A DNA stretch of 43,893 nucleotides from a virus. Its lineage: Duplodnaviria > Caudoviricetes. The stretch spans positions 1 to 43,893 of IMG/VR virus record IMGVR_UViG_3300010047_000003; one strand, 5' to 3'. The notes under the pieces are model-generated. The model was not told the DNA's origin. It saw only the letters and a list, made by a program, of their open reading frames with translations, and made no database searches. Below, piece by piece: positions 8,732 through 16,799 of this stretch (position 1 is the stretch's first letter; each line of letters starts with the position of its first letter). The position numbers and the translations under genes are program-made.

Positions 8732-10361
8732 TGGTCAGCTCCCGCTCATTGTAATCCACCAGTTTTCCCACAGCCATGTACCGCAACACGTCAATCGGAT
8801 CTTTGCTTGCACCCATCTTACCGTCTTTCCCGCTCCAGATCTTGAGCGCAAAAATCACGTTAGGACAGCACTCGGAAATATAAAGACTCGGGGACTTAAG
8901 CAACCCTTCGGTATCTTCCTCGTAGTCAAACATCGAGTTGATCAAACTTACCCCTTCCTCAATCGGATCCATCGGCGCCGGGTGAAAGATCAACCCCAAA
9001 TTCACACATTCCTCAATCAAAGTAGTAGCACTATCAGCACTCTGCGTCGGCGCCGAACCGAAACGCGAGTCCATCCACCGCTCGGCTATCTCTTCAGTTC
9101 CCTCCAACCGCTCAATCTCTTCCTGGTAACGCTTGATCCCCCAACCATAGGTCGCCTGCGCCGGCCCCGCCCGGCCGTCAGCCAGCCGACCGTCAGGTTC
9201 CGCCCATGCCCCAGGATCGCCAACCCCGGGAATGTATTGCCCGGGACTAGGCCATTCCCGGTATACATAATGTTTCCCATCAGGTTGGACCAATACCCAG
9301 ATCATAAACCAATTGCGGCCACTGGCCGGGTCAACCATGTGATAACGCGTCCCGCTCCTGGGGATCTGATCGGGACTAACCACATGAACCGAATCCCGAA
9401 ACTTCGGGAACCTCGCTACCGTAGCTTTGGTAGGAATCCCATACGCGCGACACAAAATCTCCTCGCGACTCGCTCCATCAAGCGTTTTGCGAATTGTCTC
9501 ATACCCGCCAAAAGGATTGTCACTGGAGTGAAAATAAATAATCGCCGCATTCTTGCGCTGCGGCTGCTGAATGCGCGGTACCGTGTTGGAATAACGACCC
9601 ATCGTCCCCTTTGGTAACAACGGCGCCGGCGCACGCTCAGTCGTTAAAGCCCCATCCAGATATTCCTTGATCGTCGGTGTCCACCCCTGGATCGGAGTGA
9701 AACTGATCAACAGAAGGCCGTCCCTGGTCACCAGCCGGTAACGTAACGTCTCAATCCAGTTGAGCGGCACCAGCTCGTCCGCCCAAATAATGTCGCAGTT
9801 GCCACCCTCAATTACGTCGTCCTTCTGACTGTAATGACGAAAAATGCACTCGCTCGAATTCGGTAAAATGAACTTCGCATTACTAAAACCCATTTTCTGA
9901 CTGTAACTGATGTTCGTCACCCGACCCTTGCGCGCAGTCTTGTACTCTAGGGGCAAATACGCATAAAGAAGCGGCTGCTGCATCTCAATCGAGTTGTCAA
10001 AAGTCGTCTGCAAACACCAGGCCGTCCGTTTCGGGCCGCTAAGCAACGTCTCAATCACTCGCCGAGCACAATAAGAACTCTTCGATGCCCGGTTCCCCCC
10101 TAAAATCAAAATCTCCTTCTTCCCTTTAGCTATCTGAGCGTCTACCAGCTCCCACACCCGCGGTATATACCCGTACCGCCATGGGTCACTCTGCTCTAAC
10201 TCAATCCGCTCATTGCGCTTCTCTAAATACGCCCGCGTCGCATCCGGGTCAGCCTCAAACTGCTCCCGCGTCGGTACCGGGTAAAGCGGATGCGGCAAAA
10301 CTCGCCACCCACCACCACTACCAACGTCCCCAGAAACGGGGGAGCTTGTCGAGGAACTCAT
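8709..10361 (-). CDS. terL: terminase large subunit
   Basis: Walker A-like LGGNRASKS, Walker B IWADE, FTP coupling motif, nuclease VDPA and KDPIDVLRY. Confidence 0.93.
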   Translation of the reverse strand: MSSSTSSPVSGDVGSGGGWRVLPHPLYPVPTREQFEADPDATRAYLEKRNERIELEQSDPWRYGYIPRVWELVDAQIAKGKKEILILGGNRASKSSYCARRVIETLLSGPKRTAWCLQTTFDNSIEMQQPLLYAYLPLEYKTARKGRVTNISYSQKMGFSNAKFILPNSSECIFRHYSQKDDVIEGGNCDIIWADELVPLNWIETLRYRLVTRDGLLLISFTPIQGWTPTIKEYLDGALTTERAPAPLLPKGTMGRYSNTVPRIQQPQRKNAAIIYFHSSDNPFGGYETIRKTLDGASREEILCRAYGIPTKATVARFPKFRDSVHVVSPDQIPRSGTRYHMVDPASGRNWFMIWVLVQPDGKHYVYREWPSPGQYIPGVGDPGAWAEPDGRLADGRAGPAQATYGWGIKRYQEEIERLEGTEEIAERWMDSRFGSAPTQSADSATTLIEECVNLGLIFHPAPMDPIEEGVSLINSMFDYEEDTEGLLKSPSLYISECCPNVIFALKIWSGKDGKMGASKDPIDVLRYMAVGKLVDYNERELTIVEGGAY

Positions 10362-10797
10362 AACGCTGTAAATCCGTCTGCTGATGCATCTGTTTGCACT
10401 GGGTCTCCAAGTTGATCCTCATCCCTTTACGAAATTTTTTGTTGCTCTTGACCCATAAACTCACCTTGCGCCCCGAAGCTCTCTGAGCCAATAACAGCCG
10501 CGGATTTGCCCATTGACGAATAATCTGCACCACCGTCTCACTCAAAGGATAATCGTTAGGAAGACATCGAACCCGCGGACGCTCAGGCTCCGGTAAATCC
10601 TCAGTCCGAATCGGCGTAACGTGCTTTCGCAACTCGGCCACTCCCTCCGGACTATATTGAATCTCAAAATCGACGTAATTAAAGTGATAGCCTTTACGAA
10701 GCAACCCCTGCCGCTTCATCGCCAGTTCCTTCACCGGCAAATTCCAGTGCATCGCCAATGCCGACTCGGTGGTGGGCGTAGTCAAAGTCTCATCCAT
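10318..10797 (-). CDS. hypothetical protein
   Basis: 159 aa from ATG 10797 (frame is open to 10899); overlaps the terL start. Confidence 0.6.
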   Translation of the reverse strand: MDETLTTPTTESALAMHWNLPVKELAMKRQGLLRKGYHFNYVDFEIQYSPEGVAELRKHVTPIRTEDLPEPERPRVRCLPNDYPLSETVVQIIRQWANPRLLLAQRASGRKVSLWVKSNKKFRKGMRINLETQCKQMHQQTDLQRYEFLDKLPRFWGRW

Positions 10798-10870
10798 AGA
10801 ACACCCGAAAAAACACGTATTACGCCTGTTATGAAAGGAAAACAAGCTTTTAAACTCGGAGGAAAAGAAA

Positions 10871-11083
10871 TCACTCCGCCGCATGACGCAGTTCGGCAAT
10901 CAATCCTTTTGGGGCTTGAATCCTGGATTTGCCTTCCCAATCTCTACTAAAGCTTTCCAACGCATCCGCTGCTCGGAGACAAAGCGCTTTAAGCTGCGCA
11001 TTCTGGACAATAAGCGCGCTTGAACCAGTCAGCAGTACTTGCGGATTGTGTTGCAGCTGTAGGTTAAGTGGATCTTCGTTCAT
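10871..11083 (-). CDS. hypothetical protein
   Basis: 70 aa from ATG 11083, preceded by GAAGG. Confidence 0.45.
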   Translation of the reverse strand: MNEDPLNLQLQHNPQVLLTGSSALIVQNAQLKALCLRAADALESFSRDWEGKSRIQAPKGLIAELRHAAE

Positions 11084-11150
11084 TCTGCCGCCTTCCGAGA
11101 GCAATCTTTCGCCAGTCTTATATAATATAACAAAACCCAATAACGTTATA

Positions 11151-11263
11151 CTAGCAATTAATTTAAAAAAAATTTTTCTGGGAGGATTAGAACGGTCGGC
11201 AAATTGCTAGCCGGCCGCGCGGCCGATCCCCGCCCCCCGTTTTTGCTAGGCGGGCTAGCAATT
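11151..11263. other. putative packaging (pac/terminus) signal
   Basis: Downstream of terS; four CTAGCAA/TTGCTAG boxes, AATTGCTAGCC...GGCTAGCAATT inverted repeat, CGGCCGCGCGGCCG palindrome, C-run and A8-T5 tract. Confidence 0.4.
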
Positions 11264-11264
11264 A

Positions 11265-11351
11265 ACTTCCGTAGCATGGAAGTGTCATTAGCTCGCGAAT
11301 CAAGTCTGGAAGCGGGTTTGGTGGTCATCTCTATCAGTTGGACTCTATCAA
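11265..11351 (+). other. second att-like site (core plus right arm) with a non-attP overlap
   Basis: ACTTCC-GTAGCAT-GGAAGT, CAAGTCT..AGCG.GTT, and CTCTATCA at 11329 and 11343; offsets identical to attP 24788-24872. Confidence 0.75.
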
Positions 11352-11420
11352 TAAGCGTCATCCGCGAAACCTCGAGCGTTTTAGGAAAACTACGACTTAG
11401 ACAGGTTTCACTTTCATAAG

Positions 11421-12014
11421 CTATTCTTTTTCTCTTGGAGTTGAGCCCTTCGGCCCGGGATTATCCGCGGAGCTATCCGCTGACTCCGCCGAAACTTCGG
11501 TTACCTGCGCTTTTGGCAGGGCATCGAACATTGCTTTAAGATCCTCTGGCCGAGGAGCGGAGACATGCTCGGTTCGCGAGGTGACGCCACCGGTCAGAAG
11601 CTGAATCTTATCAAGCACCGTGGACAAGGCACCGGGAACTTTATCGATCCCGATCTTATGCTCATCATCGAGTAGCCGGCGACTCATGGCCAGGCTGACT
11701 TCTTCAAGGTTAAGAACGATCTGGGTTCTAGCTGCGCTCACGGCTTCGGGGTGCATTGTCCGAATAAACCGCACGAGATCTTTATCGACCTTATAAGAGT
11801 TGCCCAACTGCTTTGGGGAAAGCCCGTCCATGAGTCCGACAACAATGGCGGCATACTTTTCGGGGCTGTCCTTGTGAAGCCTTTGAGCAGCTCGTGCGAA
11901 GCCCGGGTAACGCATCTCCTCGATACGCACGGCTCCGAGATAAGCACTTCCCAGCCGTTTGGCGAAACTCTTCAGATCATTTGAGATCTCGAGCGTGGCG
12001 GGCGATCGCGGCAT
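11421..12014 (-). CDS. terminase small subunit (putative)
   Basis: HTH-like LSPKQLGNSYKVDKDLVRFIR, helical core, C-terminal LDKIQLLTGGVTSRTEH; first gene of the late operon. Confidence 0.65.
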   Translation of the reverse strand: MPRSPATLEISNDLKSFAKRLGSAYLGAVRIEEMRYPGFARAAQRLHKDSPEKYAAIVVGLMDGLSPKQLGNSYKVDKDLVRFIRTMHPEAVSAARTQIVLNLEEVSLAMSRRLLDDEHKIGIDKVPGALSTVLDKIQLLTGGVTSRTEHVSAPRPEDLKAMFDALPKAQVTEVSAESADSSADNPGPKGSTPREKE

Positions 12015-12341
12015 AACTTTTTATACGGGATACTTCTCGCCTTGACAATCCCAAGTGCCACAGCCAACCTACTATTGCGGTGAATTTCCTCCTCAAAACC
12101 AACGGGTCCTTCTTCGAAGCCAATGCTATGGCTTTCTCTTTTTCTCGTTTTTCCACTTTGAGGTAATTCTCTAAGGAGAGAGAGAGATAATAAATTCTCT
12201 AGAGAGTTTTATCCTTATCCTTAAGAGAATTCCGCTTGTAATCCGTATACATTTCTTTTCGCGCAAGGTGAAATGTTTGTCTTACCAATCCGTGTTACCA
12301 GTAATAAAGTTTTTCTCAGCGAGGTGGAAATCTTTGGCTAA

Positions 12342-12360
12342 CATTTGTATGACATTTGAT
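12342..12360 (-). repeat. 19-bp box (inverted copy of 13070-13088), probable operator
   Basis: CATTTGTATGACATTTGAT is the exact reverse complement of ATCAAATGTCATACAAATG. Confidence 0.8.
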
Positions 12361-12382
12361 AATAGCAATTCTAAAAAAGTTG

Positions 12383-12460
12383 ATCTTATTTCACCCCAAA
12401 TTTGACAAAAAACCTGTCAAATTTGACAAAAAACCTGTCAAATTTGGGGTGAAATAAGAT
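12383..12460. repeat. 78-bp palindrome interrupted by two directly repeated 7-bp spacers
   Basis: 25-bp arm, AAAAACC, TGTCAAATTTGACA, AAAAACC, 25-bp reverse-complement arm. Confidence 0.92.
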
Positions 12461-12500
12461 AACTGTTTTTAATTCACCCGAAATATTTTGTAATCCGCTA

Positions 12501-13004
12501 TCAATCCATCGTTTCCAGTGGACTAGCTTTGATGTTACGGTGCATACGGATTTTGGTCATTAACTCCGCGACATTCACCTTGTGCAAGACTCCTGCGCGT
12601 TTGAGCAGGATATAGTGCTCGACGATCTGGATTTTGAGCTGTGGTGATTCGGCCTTGAAGATTTGGGGCAGGATATCGTCGAGTAATTCGGAGAGCAGCC
12701 GGCTGGGGGTGGCATCCAGCTGTGCGGCGTAACAATCCAGGAGGAAAACGCTGGTTTCGCTCAGGCGCACGGTGCGGGGGATTGTTGAGAACTTATTAAG
12801 CTCAAGCCAATGGCTGGGAGGGCTGTCGGAGTTCTGTTCGTGGCCGGGGTTTTCTCGTGTTTCTCTTTTGGTTTTTTTCTGTTTGGCAGGCACGATCGTC
12901 TCCGGAGCGTGGTGGGATTGGTTTGGTCTCAAGTATCTGGTGGTTCGTACTCCGTACGGACCACCAGCAGTACACGTAATAGGGGTGTTAAATTTTATCA
13001 ACAA
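12501..13004 (-). CDS. RHH-like DNA-binding protein (candidate repressor); start uncertain
   Basis: RTVRLSETSVFLLDCYAAQLDATPSRLLSELLDDIL fits the RHH strand-helix-helix pattern; divergent from the early operon. Confidence 0.55.
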   Translation of the reverse strand: MLIKFNTPITCTAGGPYGVRTTRYLRPNQSHHAPETIVPAKQKKTKRETRENPGHEQNSDSPPSHWLELNKFSTIPRTVRLSETSVFLLDCYAAQLDATPSRLLSELLDDILPQIFKAESPQLKIQIVEHYILLKRAGVLHKVNVAELMTKIRMHRNIKASPLETMD

Positions 13005-13041
13005 CTAAATCAAACGTTTGCCCCACTTGAAATTTCACACT

Positions 13042-13092
13042 TTGCAATACTCTTCAGACGGCATGTAACATCAAATGTCATACAAATGACAT
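13042..13092 (+). promoter_or_regulatory. candidate early promoter overlapped by an operator
   Basis: TTGCAA-N18-TAACAT followed by the ATGTCAT-ACAA-ATGACAT dyad, which overlaps the 19-bp box. Confidence 0.4.
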
Positions 13093-13309
13093 ATAAGATC
13101 GAATGCGTATGTATTTGCGCCTGTACCGAGATACTTTCCTAGGGAAAATCGTGCAGCATGACGATTGTGAATTGCAGCAACAATATAAATGTGCGTTGGG
13201 ACAGAAGAAAGGGCTTGCTGCCGACAAAAGAATGCTTTAGGTCGAAGTTGTCTCTGATAATCACATCAGATGGACGCTGACGGAGTCTTAACCAGAAAGG
13301 ATTTTTGCA

Positions 13310-13543
13310 ATGACTGATGCCATAACAAGCAAGCGCAAACGCGAGCTGCTGACCCTGGATCTGGGTCGTGATTTAAGGGGGCGGGTCGAGCAGATTGCCC
13401 AGGCCAATAACCTGAGCGCCTCCCAGACGGTGCGAATGTTGATTTTGAAAGCGCTGCAGTCCTTTGGCAGTGACCGCAGTATCCAGGTCAAAATCCCCGA
13501 AACCTCGCTCCTAGATTCCAGTATTTCTGGTAAAACCCTTTAA
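13310..13543 (+). CDS. RHH (CopG/Arc-like) regulator
   Basis: LLTLDLGRDLRGRVEQIAQANNLSASQTVRMLILKAL; AAAGGA upstream. Confidence 0.75.
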   Translation: MTDAITSKRKRELLTLDLGRDLRGRVEQIAQANNLSASQTVRMLILKALQSFGSDRSIQVKIPETSLLDSSISGKTL

Positions 13544-13564
13544 CTCTCGGAGGTTTAAGCCTTT

Positions 13565-13795
13565 ATGCCCAAGGTTGCCTTGAGTAGCGCGCCGGATGTT
13601 CCCCTGATGCGTCGCAGTGACGCTATCCGCCACCTGGCCGGTGAAGGAATGCTCAAGCGGTGCGAGCTTGCCGGCTGGTTGAGTGCGCGGGTGCGTCGCA
13701 AGAAGTACGTCGTTTATCGCACGGCCGATGTACTGGCGTGCATCGCCCGCATTGATGCTGGTGAATATCCCGAAAGCAAAAACGATGCAAAATAA
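13565..13795 (+). CDS. excisionase-like winged-helix DNA-binding protein
   Basis: 76 aa, basic; LMRRSDAIRHL..GWL..VVYRTADVLACI pattern. Confidence 0.55.
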   Translation: MPKVALSSAPDVPLMRRSDAIRHLAGEGMLKRCELAGWLSARVRRKKYVVYRTADVLACIARIDAGEYPESKNDAK

Positions 13796-14300
13796 GGACT
13801 TTTTCCTGCTCGCTCTTGATGCGGGAAAACACGGTGCCCTTGCCTGGTGGGACAGCACACGGGCCTTTCCCAATGTGACCAATCTGGCCCTTGGGGCGAT
13901 CGAGATTCAGGCTCAGATTGGCCGGCTGCCGATTCCTGATGGGACCAGGCGTGTGGCTGTCTTAGAAGAAGTCGGAGGCTTTATCGGTATTCCGCAGCCC
14001 GGGAGCCGGATGTTCGAATTCGGCCGTGCTTTTGGTCATGTCGAGGGGGCATTGGCAGCTCACAATTTTGAAATCCACAAGGTGCGCCCCAGGACGTGGC
14101 AGAAATCCTTATCCGCGCTCTCCAGGCCCGGCGAGGATAAAACGAGCCACAAACGCCGTTTAGGGGCCTTAGCACGCGAACTGACGCCCATCCTCAAAGA
14201 TAAAATCACCCTCCAGAACGCCGATGCGGTTTTACTGCTGCATTTTGGCCTAGAAAAATTCGCTAATGGATCTGTTTCCCCATCAGAGACAAAGCGCTGA
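13785..14300 (+). CDS. RuvC-like Holliday junction resolvase
   Basis: LALDAGKHGALA, AVLEEV, MFEFGRAFG, VRPRTWQK and ADAVLL motifs. Confidence 0.85.
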   Translation: MQNKDFFLLALDAGKHGALAWWDSTRAFPNVTNLALGAIEIQAQIGRLPIPDGTRRVAVLEEVGGFIGIPQPGSRMFEFGRAFGHVEGALAAHNFEIHKVRPRTWQKSLSALSRPGEDKTSHKRRLGALARELTPILKDKITLQNADAVLLLHFGLEKFANGSVSPSETKR

Positions 14301-15597
14301 GCGTCACGTTTTGCTCCTCCGGGAACGCTACGTGACGGCTGATCGCAGCGAAACCGGGACCGGCAAGACCTTATCGATTTTGGAGGCTGTCAAAAGTCCC
14401 GAGCTTTGCCAGACTTCCTTCGCGGTGGTTTGTCCGAAATCTGTCAAAAGTCATTGGCGCCATTGGATTGGTGAGATGGCTCTTGAGGATCGTTGCTTAG
14501 GCGTTCTTGGCTGGGAGGAAGCCAAACTGGGTTGCCGGCCTCGAATTTATTCGAGCGGCAAATCAGGCTGCGGCTGGTTTGAAGGCGACCGCGACACCCG
14601 GCGATTGATTATTTTCGACGAAGCACATCGTGCGAAGTCACGCAAAACGATCGCCTCCGAGATGGTCAGCTGTGCAGTAAAGCAGGGACATGTGATCGCT
14701 CTGTTGAGTGCGACGCTGATTCAATCGACACTTGATCTGGGTGGGCTGGGGTACCCGTTACGGCTGATTGCGCACCCGCGATTCTGGTTTGACTTTGCCA
14801 GACAGTTTGGTGCCCGGTTCAACGTTCGCTTCCGGCATTACGAGGATATTTCCAGCCGCACCCAGCAGAATCTTCTCCATGCACTTCTGGACCGGGTCAG
14901 TGTGCGAGTGTTGAAATCTGACATCGCACCCCAGATGTGCCTGACCCGGGTGGACCTGGTTGATGCCGTCAACGTTGAAGAAATTAATGCGGCCTATGCG
15001 GAGCTCAAAGCCGAGATAGACACCCTTGAAAATCTGGGAGCCACCACGGCTGAAGTGTTGGTCGCACGATTGCGCGGCCGGCAGGCAGTAGAATTGGCCA
15101 AAGTCAAAATCTTTGCCGAAGAAGCCGCGCGTCATTTGGAGGAAGGCGCCAAAGTGGTGGTGTTCCTGAATTTTAATCAGTCAATCCAATGGCTGGAAGA
15201 ATTTTTCCGAGAGAAATTCATACCTCTTCGCACGATTACCGGGGAAACACCTGAAAAATCGAGAAACCAATTCATTAACGAATTCAGCAGTAACGGTATT
15301 AGTGCGTTATTGTTAAACATTCAGGCTGGCAGTGAAGGTATCAGTCTGCATGACACGATTGGTAATGCCCCGCGGGTAGCTCTGATTTCGCCTCCGGAGT
15401 CGGCAGGGACGCTTCTGCAAGCATTAGGTCGCATTGATCGGGTGGGAGCTAAAAGTGTCGGGCTCAACCGCATTCTCTATGTGGCCGACACGGCTGAAGA
15501 GGACGTTTACGAAAATGTTGCCAGGAAAATAAATCGACTTTCAACGCTCAACGACGGTGAACTTAGAAGCGGGCCCCCTCACTCGAGGGAGCCCTAG
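14266..15597 (+). CDS. superfamily 2 (SNF2/DEAH-like) helicase
   Basis: ETGTGKT, IIFDEAH, LSAT, AGSEGISL and QALGRIDRVG motifs. Confidence 0.92.
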   Translation: MDLFPHQRQSAERHVLLLRERYVTADRSETGTGKTLSILEAVKSPELCQTSFAVVCPKSVKSHWRHWIGEMALEDRCLGVLGWEEAKLGCRPRIYSSGKSGCGWFEGDRDTRRLIIFDEAHRAKSRKTIASEMVSCAVKQGHVIALLSATLIQSTLDLGGLGYPLRLIAHPRFWFDFARQFGARFNVRFRHYEDISSRTQQNLLHALLDRVSVRVLKSDIAPQMCLTRVDLVDAVNVEEINAAYAELKAEIDTLENLGATTAEVLVARLRGRQAVELAKVKIFAEEAARHLEEGAKVVVFLNFNQSIQWLEEFFREKFIPLRTITGETPEKSRNQFINEFSSNGISALLLNIQAGSEGISLHDTIGNAPRVALISPPESAGTLLQALGRIDRVGAKSVGLNRILYVADTAEEDVYENVARKINRLSTLNDGELRSGPPHSREP

Positions 15598-15638
15598 TTA
15601 CGACGAGCATTAACAACCGCACACTTTGAGAGTTGTTT

Positions 15639-16784
15639 ATGAACCAACCTACCGATCATCATCCGCAAGGTCCCAGTCAACTGGAAAATTTGGATCCCGA
15701 TAGTGGTGGTTGTTTCGCATTTAAACCCCTGGATCGACCGACGAGCGAAGCGGCCGAAAAAGGAAGCCGGCAGCATCTTGCCTTAGCTTGTGAGGACTTG
15801 AGTGTACTGGAAGGCGATCGCGAAGCCGAAGCCGAGGTGTTGGAAGCTCGCGAGTTTATCACCAGGGTAACCGAATCAATAGGAGTTGGTGAAATATTTC
15901 GCGAGCAGCGCCTCGAAATTCCGCACGTTAATTTCGGTACTGCTGACTATATCGTTTTCAATTCCACGGGGACCGGCGCCTTTGTGATTGACATCAAATT
16001 CGGTGCCTGGAGTGTGACGCCGGCATCGAAGAATCTGCAGATCCTCAACTACGTAGTGGCGATCTTTTTCACGTACGCAAAAGTCCAGCGAATCCGTGGG
16101 ATCATCTATCATGTCAAAACCCACCAGGCCAGTTCCAAATATTTCTATCGCGCTTATCTCCCCAAATACGTAACACGAATTCGGAAAGTGGTAGAGAATG
16201 CGCAACGCGCTTCCATAGATCCAACACGGGAAGATTTCACACCGGACCCCGTAAACTGCGGTTTCTGCGGGCGAGTAAATTGCCCCGCACGGTTGGAATT
16301 GGCCTCGAGCCTTTTGAGTGCCTGGCATGGCAAGCCCGTAAATCTGCCGACTTTGAATCTCACTCATCTTCCGCTTGAACAGTTGGGATTGCTCAAACAG
16401 ACCGGTAACGCGCTTAAAGCTTACATTACGGCAGTGGACGAAGAAGCCCGTCGTCGCGCGTTCGACGAAGGCGAGATTGTCCCGGGCTATGAGATTCGTT
16501 CCAAAAGTGGTCCGCGGAAAATCATCTCCGTCGAGAACATCACCGCGGCGGCAAAGATCGTCTCCGATGCTTGGACGCAACGTTATCCCCAGAAGGAATT
16601 GCTCCTGGAAGACACGGTGTTTGGTGAGGTGGAAATTGGGGTGGCAAATTTCGAAAAAGCCGCTGGCAGATCCGCTCCCAAGGGTGAGATAATGAGAGCG
16701 CAGAAACTCGTTTCCGAGGTGTTGGAAGATTCCAAGTTAGTCAATTCTTTACCTGTTTATTTTTTATCTGCAGTCAAATCATAA
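15639..16784 (+). CDS. Cas4-like PD-(D/E)XK exonuclease (DUF2800-like)
   Basis: AAEKGSRQH, FGTADY, IDIKFG, NLQILNY and CGFC..CP motifs. Confidence 0.8.
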   Translation: MNQPTDHHPQGPSQLENLDPDSGGCFAFKPLDRPTSEAAEKGSRQHLALACEDLSVLEGDREAEAEVLEAREFITRVTESIGVGEIFREQRLEIPHVNFGTADYIVFNSTGTGAFVIDIKFGAWSVTPASKNLQILNYVVAIFFTYAKVQRIRGIIYHVKTHQASSKYFYRAYLPKYVTRIRKVVENAQRASIDPTREDFTPDPVNCGFCGRVNCPARLELASSLLSAWHGKPVNLPTLNLTHLPLEQLGLLKQTGNALKAYITAVDEEARRRAFDEGEIVPGYEIRSKSGPRKIISVENITAAAKIVSDAWTQRYPQKELLLEDTVFGEVEIGVANFEKAAGRSAPKGEIMRAQKLVSEVLEDSKLVNSLPVYFLSAVKS

Positions 16785-16799
16785 ACTCCTAACAATCCT

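Larger units (their letters stand above)
12165..12500. other. AT-rich repeat-dense non-coding region, candidate replication origin or control region
   Basis: AATTCTCT boxes at 12165, 12193 and (inverted) 12224, a GA run, a 19-bp box and a 78-bp palindrome. Confidence 0.45.

Noticed and set aside
8682-9617. 311-aa plus-strand ORF
   Set aside because: Antisense shadow of terL, explained by codon bias; no recognisable motifs
11158-11419. 67-aa and 71-aa ORFs over the pac-like and second att-like region
   Set aside because: No protein-like features; the sequence is better explained by DNA sites
12042-12070. Sigma70 promoter at TTGACA
   Set aside because: The -10 at 17 bp is poor (CAACCT) and only a 28-codon ORF follows; not supportable
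12383-12460. Mini-CRISPR array or protelomerase (telRL) site
   Set aside because: Spacers are identical 7-mers; no cas operon or protelomerase gene; the Cas4-like gene lies in the replication module
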